Below are positions 29,303 to 38,500 of a stretch of DNA of 64,000 nt, piece after piece. Position 1 is the stretch's first letter. Every line of letters begins with the position of its first letter. Source of the stretch: a virus (lineage: Duplodnaviria > Caudoviricetes); the IMG/VR virus record IMGVR_UViG_3300045806_000179, positions 859 to 64,858 of that record. One strand, given 5' to 3'. The translations under genes were made by a program, and so were the position numbers. The notes under the pieces were generated by a model. It made no database searches. It was not told where the DNA came from and saw nothing but the letters and a program-made list of their open reading frames with translations.

Positions 29303-29920
29303 ATGATGAGCGGACTAGACGAAGAGATCCCTGAGCATCTTAGGGTAGAGACGATCGACATGTCGTCGTTTGCCAGAGATGACGAGTTGAAGCATGGCAG
29401 AAAGCTTGCATTCGAGTATGCTGTGCTCAAGCAGCAGATCGAGGATGCTGAGGCGAACATCGAGAGGTGGAAGGTCCGCAAGACAGAGCTCGAGCGGAAG
29501 GAGCTTCCTGAGTACTTCGATGGTGTTCTCAAGACAGACCTGATGGGTCTTCCGGAGGCTGGTGTCGACGTGCAGATCGTGCCGTTCTACCATGCCAACA
29601 TCAAGTCCGAGTGGCCGGAGGATCAGCGCAACAGAGCGTTCGACTATCTGGTTGAGATCGAGTACGAGGACGTAATCTCCGTCACTCTCGTCGTCAAGTT
29701 CGAGAGGGAGGAGTATGCCGAGGCGAAAGAGCTCGAAACGCTCATCAAGCAGTCGAAGTTCGGCAATTCCCACACTCCGAAACTGGAGATGGGAGTGCCA
29801 TGGAACACTCTGACGAAGATCGTCAGGGAGCGTACTGAGAGCGGTCAGGCAACTGACCTCGAGGTGCTCGGTGCAACAGTTGGCCGCACGGCCAAGATCA
29901 AGAAGCGAAAGGTGAAGTAA
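29303..29920 (+). CDS. Conserved phage replication-region protein
   Basis: RBS GAGGAG; coiled coil, ELPE.F, VPWNTL; precedes the SSB-like gene. Confidence 0.7.
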   Translation: MMSGLDEEIPEHLRVETIDMSSFARDDELKHGRKLAFEYAVLKQQIEDAEANIERWKVRKTELERKELPEYFDGVLKTDLMGLPEAGVDVQIVPFYHANIKSEWPEDQRNRAFDYLVEIEYEDVISVTLVVKFEREEYAEAKELETLIKQSKFGNSHTPKLEMGVPWNTLTKIVRERTESGQATDLEVLGATVGRTAKIKKRKVK

Positions 29921-29921
29921 G

Positions 29922-30800
29922 ATGTCGAAACTGAAGACTGATGAGTCCAAGGAAGTTGCTGTCGCTGATGAGTCCAAGCTTCCTGCGGTAATCGTCGGTG
30001 GCGCGAGTCTCCCGGCTCACATGATTGCCGACATGAACGAGACCGCTGGTCTCGGCAACTCCGGCGATGCTCGTGACAATGTCATGCCGTTCCTGGGGAT
30101 CCTGCAGAAGGGCTCTCCGCAGTGCGACGAGGAGGAGGCGAAGTACATCGAGGGCGCCAAGCCAGGCATGATCATCAATACGGCCACCGGCAAGCTCTAC
30201 AGCGAGATCGTCGTCATCCCGTGTGGCCACCAGAAGAACTTCGTCGAGTGGAAGCCGAACCGCCAGGGCTGGGCTGGTAGCCATCCGTGCGAGATCGAGT
30301 ACATCAAGAAACTCGGTGCCAAGAAGGTCAAAACGGTCGTCGACGGCAAGGAGCGAACTAACATCATGCTTCCGAGCGGTAATCTCCTCGTCGAGACTGC
30401 CTACACTCTGATCATGGTAGATGGCTGTCCGATGGTGATCGGCGCTGCCTCCACTGCTCTCGGTCCGATGCGTCAGTGGATGTCGTATCGCAACTCGCTG
30501 CGACTTCCCAACCGCAAGCCGATGGCGAGCTTCTTCAAGCAGTATCGCCTGACAACGGTGCGCGAGACGAACGACTCGGGTAGCTGGTACAACTGGAAGT
30601 TCGCCGACGCTGGCTTCACGGCGGAGGGTGACTATCTCGATGCGAAGATGTTCGCCATCGAGATCGCCAAGGGCAATATCGTGATCGGTCGTCCTGACGA
30701 CTTCGACTCTCCTGCGCCGTCGTCGTCACGTGGCGGAGACTATCCGGAGGACCGTGGCGGCTCGTATGAGCCTGGTATGGACGACGACATTCCGGTCTAA
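29922..30800 (+). CDS. ssDNA-binding/annealing protein
   Basis: PFL.ILQ..SPQ, GAKPG, N..GSWY.W, acidic tail ending DDDIPV. Confidence 0.7.
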   Translation: MSKLKTDESKEVAVADESKLPAVIVGGASLPAHMIADMNETAGLGNSGDARDNVMPFLGILQKGSPQCDEEEAKYIEGAKPGMIINTATGKLYSEIVVIPCGHQKNFVEWKPNRQGWAGSHPCEIEYIKKLGAKKVKTVVDGKERTNIMLPSGNLLVETAYTLIMVDGCPMVIGAASTALGPMRQWMSYRNSLRLPNRKPMASFFKQYRLTTVRETNDSGSWYNWKFADAGFTAEGDYLDAKMFAIEIAKGNIVIGRPDDFDSPAPSSSRGGDYPEDRGGSYEPGMDDDIPV

Positions 30801-30898
30801 ATAGCACACAGTTGGCGGATCTGTAAAACCGCCGCTCTTCTTCACACAGCCGACACTGTCGGCCGCGTCAAGCAGAGATCACTGTTGGGAGTTCACAG

Positions 30899-32437
30899 GT
30901 GTCCACATCTGCAGACAGAATGTACAGACTTTTCATGGGGAATAGCGGAGGCCACGGAACATACTCCAGCGAGGAGAGAACTCCAGGCAAGGCAAAGAGT
31001 GTCATCAAGAAGACTGCCAGAACCGTGCGCGATCCCCCGAATCCTGCACTGTGGCAGAGGCATCTTGATGGGGAGCGTCCGATAGGCATCGTTCCGATCA
31101 TGAGCGATGCTAGATGCTTCTGGGGCGTCATCGACGTCGACAAGTACGATCTAGACCATGCCGACATAGTGCGTCGGATCGAGAAGCTGAAGATACCGAT
31201 GGTCGTGTGTCGCTCGAAGTCTGGCGGCGCGCATCTGTTCATGTTTCTCGCTGATCCTGTCTCTGCCGATGAGCTGATCTCCAGACTGAAGGAGATTGCT
31301 GGCGTGATGGGGTACGGTGACTCTGAGATCTTCCCGAAGCAGACGGAGATTCTGGAAGATCGGGGAGATCTCGGTAACTGGCTGAACATGCCGTACTTCG
31401 ATGCTCAGGGAGGAACACGCTATGCGGTCACTGAGGATGGGAGAGGTCTCTCTCTGGGCCGATTCTTGGACTTCGCAGAGTCCAGAAGGCTTTCTTCTGC
31501 GGATTTCAAGACATCAGCACCAAAGGTGCTATGCGGCGATTCTGACCTTAGTGATGCTCCGCCGTGTCTTCAGTATCTGTGCGGTGTGGGGATCGCCGAG
31601 GGGATGAAGAACAACACTGTCTTCGCTCTTGGTGTACTCGCGAAGAAGATGCAGCCAGAGGGCTGGGAATCACTTCTGGACTCGTGGAATCACAAGTATG
31701 TCGTGTCTCCTCCTCTCACCTCTGAGGAGATGCAGGGAATCATTCGCAGTCTACGCAAGAAGGAGTATTCCTACAAGTGTAAGGAGACTCCTCTAGTCAG
31801 CCACTGCGACTCGAAGTCGTGCAGGAACAGGAAGTACGGAGTTGGAGGCGCTGGTACACTTCCGGACATATCCTCTGTGTCGATCCTAGACACGACACCT
31901 CCACTCTTCTTCGTATGCCTGACTAGTGGAGGTACGGTGGAATGTGCCGCAGAGGACATCCTCAACAGTAGATCGTTCCAGAGAGCAGCGCTCATACAGC
32001 TGAGAATCATGCTCCCTCTGTTCAAGCAGGACGACTGGACTATCACCATTCAGAAGTGCCTGGACGAGGCTGTGGTGATCGAGGCACCGAGAGAGGTTGG
32101 CACGACCGGAGCGATGCACGAACTGCTGGAGCAGTTCTGCACGGACAGATTCGCTGCACAGGACAAGGACGAGATACTGCTCGGGAAGCCGTGGCTGGAC
32201 GAGGATACTGGTCGCCACTACTTCCGACTTGTAGATCTCACGCAGCATCTTGAGAAGAACAAGTTTAGAGAGCTCACCAGAACGCAGATTATCTCTCGCA
32301 TTAGGGAGATGGGCGGTATGCACTCGTTCTTCAACGTCAAGGGTAGAGGAATCAACGTATGGTGGGTTCCACAGTCAGCGTTCAGCGTCCAGACTGAAGA
32401 CCACAGCATCCCCAGAGTTCCGGAGTCGATGATATGA
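30899..32437 (+). CDS. AEP-family primase/polymerase
   Basis: W..HL.G, GVIDVD, RSKSGGAH, EIFPKQ, GNWLNMPY, PPCL, C-terminal Cys cluster. Confidence 0.85.
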   Translation: MSTSADRMYRLFMGNSGGHGTYSSEERTPGKAKSVIKKTARTVRDPPNPALWQRHLDGERPIGIVPIMSDARCFWGVIDVDKYDLDHADIVRRIEKLKIPMVVCRSKSGGAHLFMFLADPVSADELISRLKEIAGVMGYGDSEIFPKQTEILEDRGDLGNWLNMPYFDAQGGTRYAVTEDGRGLSLGRFLDFAESRRLSSADFKTSAPKVLCGDSDLSDAPPCLQYLCGVGIAEGMKNNTVFALGVLAKKMQPEGWESLLDSWNHKYVVSPPLTSEEMQGIIRSLRKKEYSYKCKETPLVSHCDSKSCRNRKYGVGGAGTLPDISSVSILDTTPPLFFVCLTSGGTVECAAEDILNSRSFQRAALIQLRIMLPLFKQDDWTITIQKCLDEAVVIEAPREVGTTGAMHELLEQFCTDRFAAQDKDEILLGKPWLDEDTGRHYFRLVDLTQHLEKNKFRELTRTQIISRIREMGGMHSFFNVKGRGINVWWVPQSAFSVQTEDHSIPRVPESMI

Positions 32438-32721
32438 CAAGACCAGTTGAGCTGAACAAGAGACCAGTGGGGCGCTCAGGATTTCCTCCACAGTGTCAGA
32501 TGATTGTGGAGCCGCAATCTCCGTGTGATGATGAGTGGAGACAGAAGCGATACGAGCGCCGTAAGTCCACTGCTGGTCGTCTTGGGTTCAATTGGGATCC
32601 GAAACTCTGTCAGAAGTCAGCAGCATACAGTATCAACGACTGTGCGTACTGCAGAGGTCATGCCGGTCAGCTCGCTATTGAGAAGTGGACCAATGGCGAG
32701 CTCGTGGAGCGTGAGAGATGA
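32434..32721 (+). CDS. Hypothetical protein
   Basis: ATGA-coupled ORF with C/H residues. Confidence 0.55.
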   Translation: MTRPVELNKRPVGRSGFPPQCQMIVEPQSPCDDEWRQKRYERRKSTAGRLGFNWDPKLCQKSAAYSINDCAYCRGHAGQLAIEKWTNGELVERER

Positions 32722-32984
32722 GACCACAACTGACGAAGATACAGAAGGCCGCACTGCGCTCTCTGAAGGAGCACGGAGGAGAGGGCGCGATCGCGAAGAA
32801 GCACGGTCACGTCATCGCTGCAGGATGTGTTCTAGGCTCGTACAACGAGCGAGAGGACGAGACTGGAGAGCAGCTGATTCCGTTCAGTAGACAGACCTGG
32901 GCTGCTCTGAAGGAGCTTGGACTCATCGAGAGTGCCGGGACTGGTCGTATTCGCATCTCCAAGAAGGGAGAGGACTATACATGA
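32718..32984 (+). CDS. Hypothetical protein (possible winged helix)
   Basis: ATGA-coupled ORF; LKELGLIE..RISKKG. Confidence 0.55.
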   Translation: MRPQLTKIQKAALRSLKEHGGEGAIAKKHGHVIAAGCVLGSYNEREDETGEQLIPFSRQTWAALKELGLIESAGTGRIRISKKGEDYT

Positions 32985-34495
32985 TCACGCCAGAGATCAT
33001 TCTAGGACCGCCGGGGACCGGCAAGACGACAACGCTACTTGGAATGGTGCAGGATGAGCTTGCTAACGGAGTTGAACCGTCTCGGATTGGTTACCTCTCC
33101 TTCACCAGACGAGCCGCTGAGGAGGCTGTCTCTAGAGCTTGTGAGAAGTTTGACGGGATGCGAAAGTCTGACTTCCCTTACTTCCGCACACTTCACTCTC
33201 TATGCTTCAAGGTTATGGGTCTCTCTTCCAGTGGAATTCTTGAGGGTAAGAGGCTTGAGGAGTTTGGCAGACTCGTGGGTCACAAGATTACAGGACGGTT
33301 CAGTCTTGAGGACGGAACTGTTTTTGGATTCGAGAAGGGAGATCGTCTCCTTTTCATGGAGAATCTCGCACGAGTGAGAGGAGTTCTGCTGAGAGAGGCA
33401 TACGACGAGGACTCTGATGAGCTATCGTTTCACGAGGTGAGGAGATTCTCGGACGCTCTTGCACAGTATAAGAGGGATACAGGTACAATCGACTTCACGG
33501 ACATGCTCGTGGAGTTCGTCAACTCAGACATTACGGTGGATCTCGATGTTCTATTCGTCGATGAGGCGCAGGATCTCTCCCTTCTCCAGTGGATGGTAGT
33601 CTGGAAGCTCGCCGCAACTGTTCGACGGTTCGTCATCGCAGGAGACGACGATCAGGCAATCTATCGATGGGCCGGAGCTGACGTTGACACGCTTGTCAAC
33701 ATGCCTGGAGATGTCAGAGTACTGTCTCAGTCCTGGCGTGTCCCTCGTGAGGTCCAGAAAGTCGCGTCTGAGATCGTCAGTCGCATTCGCACTAGACGTG
33801 AGAAGATATGGCGCCCACGCGAGGATGATGGTTCAGTCAGGTGGCACCCCTCTCTCGAGTCAGTGGATCTCTCCGGACCTGACATTCTTGTTCTCGGGCG
33901 GAACCGCTACATTCTACGCGAGTTTGAGAACTCGATCAGGAGTCTTGGATATCTGTACGAGTTCCAGGGAGCAAGATCTATCAGACCGTCAGTGCTCGAC
34001 GGTGTTCTCACATGGGAGCGTATCCGCAAGGGCAGATCGGGAGTAACTCTGGCAGACTGTCGAAAAATGTACGATCTGATGACAGCGAAGAAGTCCATCC
34101 GGCACGGTCACAAGTCGCTCCCAGGGGTGCACGACGACGAGGAGGTGACGTATGAGATACTGGTTGAACGAGGTGGTCTTATCGTGGATCGGGAGAAGCT
34201 GTGGTTCGACGCACTTGACAAGATGTCTCTCGTAGATATATCCTACATCCGTGCAGCTCTCCGTCGCAAGGAGGACCTCCTGTCTCCTCCACGTATCAGG
34301 CTGTCGACCATCCACGGAATCAAGGGCGGCGAGGCGAAGGAGGTTATTCTCCTGACAGACATGGCTGCACGAACTCTTCAGGAGGCGAAGAGAAACCCAG
34401 ATGACGAATGTCGAGTCTGGTATGTTGCGGTCACTCGCGCACGAGAGAAGCTGCACATCGTCGCTCCGCAGACAACTCGATACTTTCATATATAG
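32981..34495 (+). CDS. UvrD/REP superfamily-1 helicase
   Basis: GPPGTGKT, DEAQD, GDDDQAIY, STIHGIKGGE, YVAVTRA. Confidence 0.93.
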   Translation: MITPEIILGPPGTGKTTTLLGMVQDELANGVEPSRIGYLSFTRRAAEEAVSRACEKFDGMRKSDFPYFRTLHSLCFKVMGLSSSGILEGKRLEEFGRLVGHKITGRFSLEDGTVFGFEKGDRLLFMENLARVRGVLLREAYDEDSDELSFHEVRRFSDALAQYKRDTGTIDFTDMLVEFVNSDITVDLDVLFVDEAQDLSLLQWMVVWKLAATVRRFVIAGDDDQAIYRWAGADVDTLVNMPGDVRVLSQSWRVPREVQKVASEIVSRIRTRREKIWRPREDDGSVRWHPSLESVDLSGPDILVLGRNRYILREFENSIRSLGYLYEFQGARSIRPSVLDGVLTWERIRKGRSGVTLADCRKMYDLMTAKKSIRHGHKSLPGVHDDEEVTYEILVERGGLIVDREKLWFDALDKMSLVDISYIRAALRRKEDLLSPPRIRLSTIHGIKGGEAKEVILLTDMAARTLQEAKRNPDDECRVWYVAVTRAREKLHIVAPQTTRYFHI

Positions 34496-34531
34496 ACCTA
34501 AATCTTTAGCGTAATTCACCTAAACCGTGGC

Positions 34532-34560
34532 TTTACGCCGAGAACATGCCGGGATATAAT
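34532..34560 (+). promoter_or_regulatory. Sigma70-like promoter
   Basis: TTTACG-N17-TATAAT. Confidence 0.7.
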
Positions 34561-34584
34561 GTATATGTTGAGAGGGAGCGAGTA

Positions 34585-35334
34585 GTGGCTGTCATCGCAG
34601 TAACAAGAGCAGGGAGGGGGGACGTCTATCGCTTCAGCAGTGTGCTGAAGGCTGACTCTCACCCCATCGTGCAGTACGGCGATGCCATCATTGCTAGCAG
34701 AACTGCGCTGCGGCAGTCCCTCACCATGGTCGAATGCGCCATGGCCGCAGAGAGAGTCGGAGACAAGAACCTCGGGAAAGAACTCAGAGACAGCCTGACT
34801 GTGACAAGCGAGAGCATGATACTGTCACTCATGGAGCGTCTCTGGAACAGACTCGAGAATCTGGCTCCTGCTCCGCCCACCAATCCCGTCGAGATCGTGA
34901 CTATCATAGTCGCTGACAGGGTCATGACTCGACACACTGGGATACACCTAAGACCACGAGGAGCGTTTGAGATGACCAAAGATGCTGTTGCCAAAGTTGA
35001 GGCTGTTGAAGAAGTGACCTCTACCAATATCGACCATGTCGAAGCTGTCGTCGGCGAAGTGACCGCCACCAGTGCCGCTGCTGCAGCCGAAGCTCCGAAG
35101 CGCGCCATCCCGCGCGATCCGAAATTCTCTGAGACCAGCATCATCACGCTGCTCAAGGACAAGGACGAGAAGCAGTTCGGCGCCGACCACAATCCCAAGA
35201 AGCCCGGCTCGGCCTCGTTCGATCGCTTTGCGCGATACGTCGACGGTATGACGGTAAAGGCGGCGAAGGAAGCCGGCATCCAGAATGGCGACCTGGACAA
35301 CGACGTCAAGAAGGGCTTCATCGACATCGTCTGA
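34585..35334 (+). CDS. NPK-domain protein A
   Basis: GTG with RBS GAGGGAG; C-terminal NPKKPGSASFDRFARY..GMTV..D..KGFI; in-frame internal start at 34972. Confidence 0.75.
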   Translation: MAVIAVTRAGRGDVYRFSSVLKADSHPIVQYGDAIIASRTALRQSLTMVECAMAAERVGDKNLGKELRDSLTVTSESMILSLMERLWNRLENLAPAPPTNPVEIVTIIVADRVMTRHTGIHLRPRGAFEMTKDAVAKVEAVEEVTSTNIDHVEAVVGEVTATSAAAAAEAPKRAIPRDPKFSETSIITLLKDKDEKQFGADHNPKKPGSASFDRFARYVDGMTVKAAKEAGIQNGDLDNDVKKGFIDIV

Positions 35335-35610
35335 CGCCTCGGCGCCAATATGCGATTGCGTCACCTGCAGTCTCCTTGAACAGTGTATGGTCATGGAAGT
35401 AGAGTGGTGAGAGTGACGCGCTGTCGTCAACTTAATTCGTGTCACCTACGCCGTAGCTCTTCAGTTACTTCACCAGGCGGTGGACCAGCAGAGAGTAGCG
35501 AAAGTGGTGAGGTAGTGGCTGTACTCTCCACCTGGCGGCGGAGCGGGCCATCTCTGAAACCTCCCCTCAGAGATGGCCCGGCTGCCAGAGTCAACCGCCA
35601 GGAACCAGTC
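35335..35610 (+). other. Structured intergenic leader (candidate cis-regulatory RNA)
   Basis: Several stems including perfect 14-bp CGGGCCATCTCTGA/TCAGAGATGGCCCG (35544-35580). Confidence 0.4.
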
Positions 35611-36552
35611 ATGACAACTGAAGCATTCTTCGCGTATGCCCGAGCAAGGTATGCGATACTTCTCCGCAGGCAGGCGGATCTTCCTCGCTCAGAGTGGACG
35701 GACGATCCGATCCTCCAGAAGTACAGATTCTGCAACGTATTCCGAGAGGACGACGTCACGACGAAGTGGTTCCGCGAGAACGTTCGAGATCCTCTCCGCA
35801 ACCAGCCAGAGGTTCTCCTCGCGACTGTCGTGTTTCGCTGGTTCAACCGCATCACGACCGGAGAGGCGATCTTTTGTCAGGACAATCTCATTGGTTGCGT
35901 GAATGGATGTACTGCCTGGGAGTCTCTTCTGAATGATGAGACGAGCGGGACTGCTGACATGAAGATGGCAATCCTCGCGTACTGCGGCAAGGGTCCATAC
36001 GTCACTGGTGCGTACATCATCAAGACGTATGACGGCATGCCTAAGCTCCCCGGTGTGCTTAAGTGCATCCGTGGATTCATGAATCTGTCGCGTCCTATCA
36101 GGGATGACTATTCTGATCCTGGAGTTCTGGACTGGAGAGAAGTCGCGCGTGTTTGTCTGGAGTACCCTGGAGAGGTTCCACTGGAGACAGTGTGGAACTG
36201 GCTTCGTAAGTTTCCGTATCTCGGAGACTTCATGGCCTACGAGATCGTGAGCGATCTTCGCTACACGGCTCTGCTCGACAAGGCTCCTGACATCATGACC
36301 TGGGCGAATCCGGGACCAGGAGCAATGCGTGGTCTGAATCGTATTCATGGTCGAGATCTGGACAAGAAGATCGCGAAGGAGAAGTACATCGAGGAGATGC
36401 GAGTGCTTCTCGGTGAGTCGCAGAATCCCGACAATTGGCCAAGCGACTGGCAGCCGTGGGACATGCGCACGGTCGAGCACACTCTGTGCGAGCTCGACAA
36501 GTACGAGCGTGTCCGTTTAGGTCAGGGTCGTCCCAGAGGAGTGTACAGGTGA
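35611..36552 (+). CDS. 5-hmdU DNA kinase-like protein (aGPT-Pplase1 family)
   Basis: WTDDPILQKYRFCNVFREDD, FRWFN, TGAYI, FMAYEI.SD, GPGA.RG, EH.LCE.DKY. Confidence 0.85.
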   Translation: MTTEAFFAYARARYAILLRRQADLPRSEWTDDPILQKYRFCNVFREDDVTTKWFRENVRDPLRNQPEVLLATVVFRWFNRITTGEAIFCQDNLIGCVNGCTAWESLLNDETSGTADMKMAILAYCGKGPYVTGAYIIKTYDGMPKLPGVLKCIRGFMNLSRPIRDDYSDPGVLDWREVARVCLEYPGEVPLETVWNWLRKFPYLGDFMAYEIVSDLRYTALLDKAPDIMTWANPGPGAMRGLNRIHGRDLDKKIAKEKYIEEMRVLLGESQNPDNWPSDWQPWDMRTVEHTLCELDKYERVRLGQGRPRGVYR

Positions 36553-36607
36553 TGGCGGGACTCGTGATATTTGCTCTTGTACTTCTCGTGATCTGGTGGA
36601 GAATCTG

Positions 36608-36836
36608 ATGTCTGTAATTATATGCGAGAGAGTAGATGCTAAGATAGTATCTATCATCGCAGACAGTTGTGGATGTAAAATATGGTAACTCTAAGCTTGA
36701 CGAGAGAAAAGTCAGAGCTATTCGTAAGATTGCGACAACTGGAATACGTCATGAGTCAATAGGGGACGTGTTCAGAGTCAGTCAGGTCTGCATCACAAAT
36801 ATTGTAAGGCGTAAGACCTGGAACCACGTGGAGTAA
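36608..36836 (+). pseudogene. Internally deleted, frameshifted HNH endonuclease relic
   Basis: MSVI..DSCGCKIW* then, in another frame, NSKLDERKVRAIR..FRVSQ..I..I.RRKTWNHVE*; catalytic core absent. Confidence 0.7.
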
Positions 36837-37313
36837 ATGATGACAGTTCTCAGTGCACAAAGTATCCGTAAGGTTAGATCATTCACGAATACCTGTGTCC
36901 GAATTGTAGAACCGTTCTGCGAGCGGACTCAGCACGAACAGTCAGGGACTAGTTTTGGCCTGTCGTCGTGTGGATACGACGTCCGTCTGGACCAGGAGAT
37001 CGTGTTAGTACCAGGTGGATTCTGTTTGGCATCGACGATGGAGAAGTTCGCGATGCCATACGATATCGTCGCAACTGTTCATGACAAGAGTACATGGGCT
37101 CGTCGGGGTATTGCTGTCCAGACAACTGTCATCGAGCCAAACTGGCGCGGATTCCTCACTCTAGAACTGACGAATCATGGTGAGCGGACACTAGTTCTCA
37201 ACAGTGGTACGCCAATCGCTCAGATTCTATTCCACAGACTTGACGAGCCTACAGAGCAGCCGTACACTGGTAAATACCAGGATCAGTCTGAGGGTCCTCA
37301 GGAGGCACGATGA
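36837..37313 (+). CDS. dcd: dCTP deaminase
   Basis: GYDVRL, DKSTWARRG, TVIEP.W.G.LTLE, IAQ, Y.GKYQ.Q. Confidence 0.9.
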   Translation: MMTVLSAQSIRKVRSFTNTCVRIVEPFCERTQHEQSGTSFGLSSCGYDVRLDQEIVLVPGGFCLASTMEKFAMPYDIVATVHDKSTWARRGIAVQTTVIEPNWRGFLTLELTNHGERTLVLNSGTPIAQILFHRLDEPTEQPYTGKYQDQSEGPQEAR

Positions 37314-37389
37314 ATACCATAGAGAAACTGTGCTGGCTGTCCATGGCTATTCCGATCGGGATTCTGGTAGCCATATTCGCGGTACTGCG

Positions 37390-37854
37390 ATGAGACGCGT
37401 CGCCATTATAGGTCAGAATCATCCTCAGTCTGCCGATCCCAGGATGGCACTCTATCCGGAGCCTGTCGGCTGTACCGGATGGAATCTCTGGAGACTCCTG
37501 AACGCAAGAACAGGGGCGACCATCCACGACTATCTCAACACGTTCCACCGATACAATCTCGGTCAGGAGACGAAGTGGCACATCGAGAACGCTCGTACTC
37601 ACTGGGAGAGCATCGAGGAGAGTTTGACTACTGAGTTCGACACTATAGTGCTACTTGGGGCAGCCGTGCGAAGGGCGGCGGGCTTACTACTACCGCAGCT
37701 TTACGTCTCCAGAACCGTCATCTGTATTCCGCATCCTTCTGGACTCAACAGATGGTACAACGACGAGACTAACAGACAGATCGTCGAGATAATAATGGAA
37801 GAGTTGTACACTGAGGCGCGCGGTATCACGCGCCCGACCCTTGCGAACAAGTAG
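37390..37854 (+). CDS. Uracil-DNA-glycosylase-superfamily protein
   Basis: IIGQN motif, VLLG..V, IPHPSGLNRWYN. Confidence 0.7.
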   Translation: MRRVAIIGQNHPQSADPRMALYPEPVGCTGWNLWRLLNARTGATIHDYLNTFHRYNLGQETKWHIENARTHWESIEESLTTEFDTIVLLGAAVRRAAGLLLPQLYVSRTVICIPHPSGLNRWYNDETNRQIVEIIMEELYTEARGITRPTLANK

Positions 37855-37869
37855 CTGTCCCGCTAAGCT
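37841..37869 (+). promoter_or_regulatory. Sigma70-like promoter (probably leaderless transcript)
   Basis: TTGCGA-N17-TAAGCT, 6 nt before ATG 37876. Confidence 0.55.
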
Positions 37870-37875
37870 ATAGCT

Positions 37876-38490
37876 ATGCTGATAACATGGCTCCCATACC
37901 CGAACTTCCGTCTCTCTGTTCACGTTCTGGACTCACAGGTCCTCGGGACACAGGTGAGCAACTGCATACACCTGCTGAGAATGATAGCTGGTCACAGAGA
38001 TGGCGGTCGTGACAGATACCACAATACAACGCTCATGTGGTATCATCACCCACAGGCTCTCGTCAGGTACACTGACTACGCCATCCAGGAGATACTACTC
38101 CGCGGACACGACAGAGGCATTCCGTCCCCCCGGTCTGCGGACGGACGCAAGATCTACGAGATCCCTAAGGAGTGGGACCAGGAGTGTCCGGACATTCCGG
38201 AGTGGGTAGGAGTCGAGAGGATTCATGCGTCCCACAGAGCGTCTCTACTTCAGAGAGACAGAGAGTGGTATGCGCAGTTTGCGTGGATGGAGCCGCCGGT
38301 CAGAGTTCTGAACTGGCCCTGTAAGATGCCGGGTCCGGGGGAGGCGGTGATGTCGGAGAGTGGGGAGATCAGAATGGTCCACTCACTCGATGACAGGAGA
38401 AGACCAGTCCTGATAACTGATCATGGGCTGGTGCCAGTGGAGAGAGTCGACGTCTACTCTGGGAAGTGGCGTCGAGTGATTGTAGCATAG
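37876..38490 (+). CDS. Pyrimidine-dimer DNA glycosylase-like (MSMEG_6728-like) protein
   Basis: TWLPYPNF..S...LD...LG.Q, LMW, P.W.G....HASHR..LL. Confidence 0.75.
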   Translation: MLITWLPYPNFRLSVHVLDSQVLGTQVSNCIHLLRMIAGHRDGGRDRYHNTTLMWYHHPQALVRYTDYAIQEILLRGHDRGIPSPRSADGRKIYEIPKEWDQECPDIPEWVGVERIHASHRASLLQRDREWYAQFAWMEPPVRVLNWPCKMPGPGEAVMSESGEIRMVHSLDDRRRPVLITDHGLVPVERVDVYSGKWRRVIVA

Positions 38491-38500
38491 GGAGTCTATC

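Noticed and set aside
35383-35610. N-terminal extension of the hmdU kinase in the ORF track
   Set aside because: Family similarity starts at MTTEAFF (35611); the upstream region looks like structured RNA
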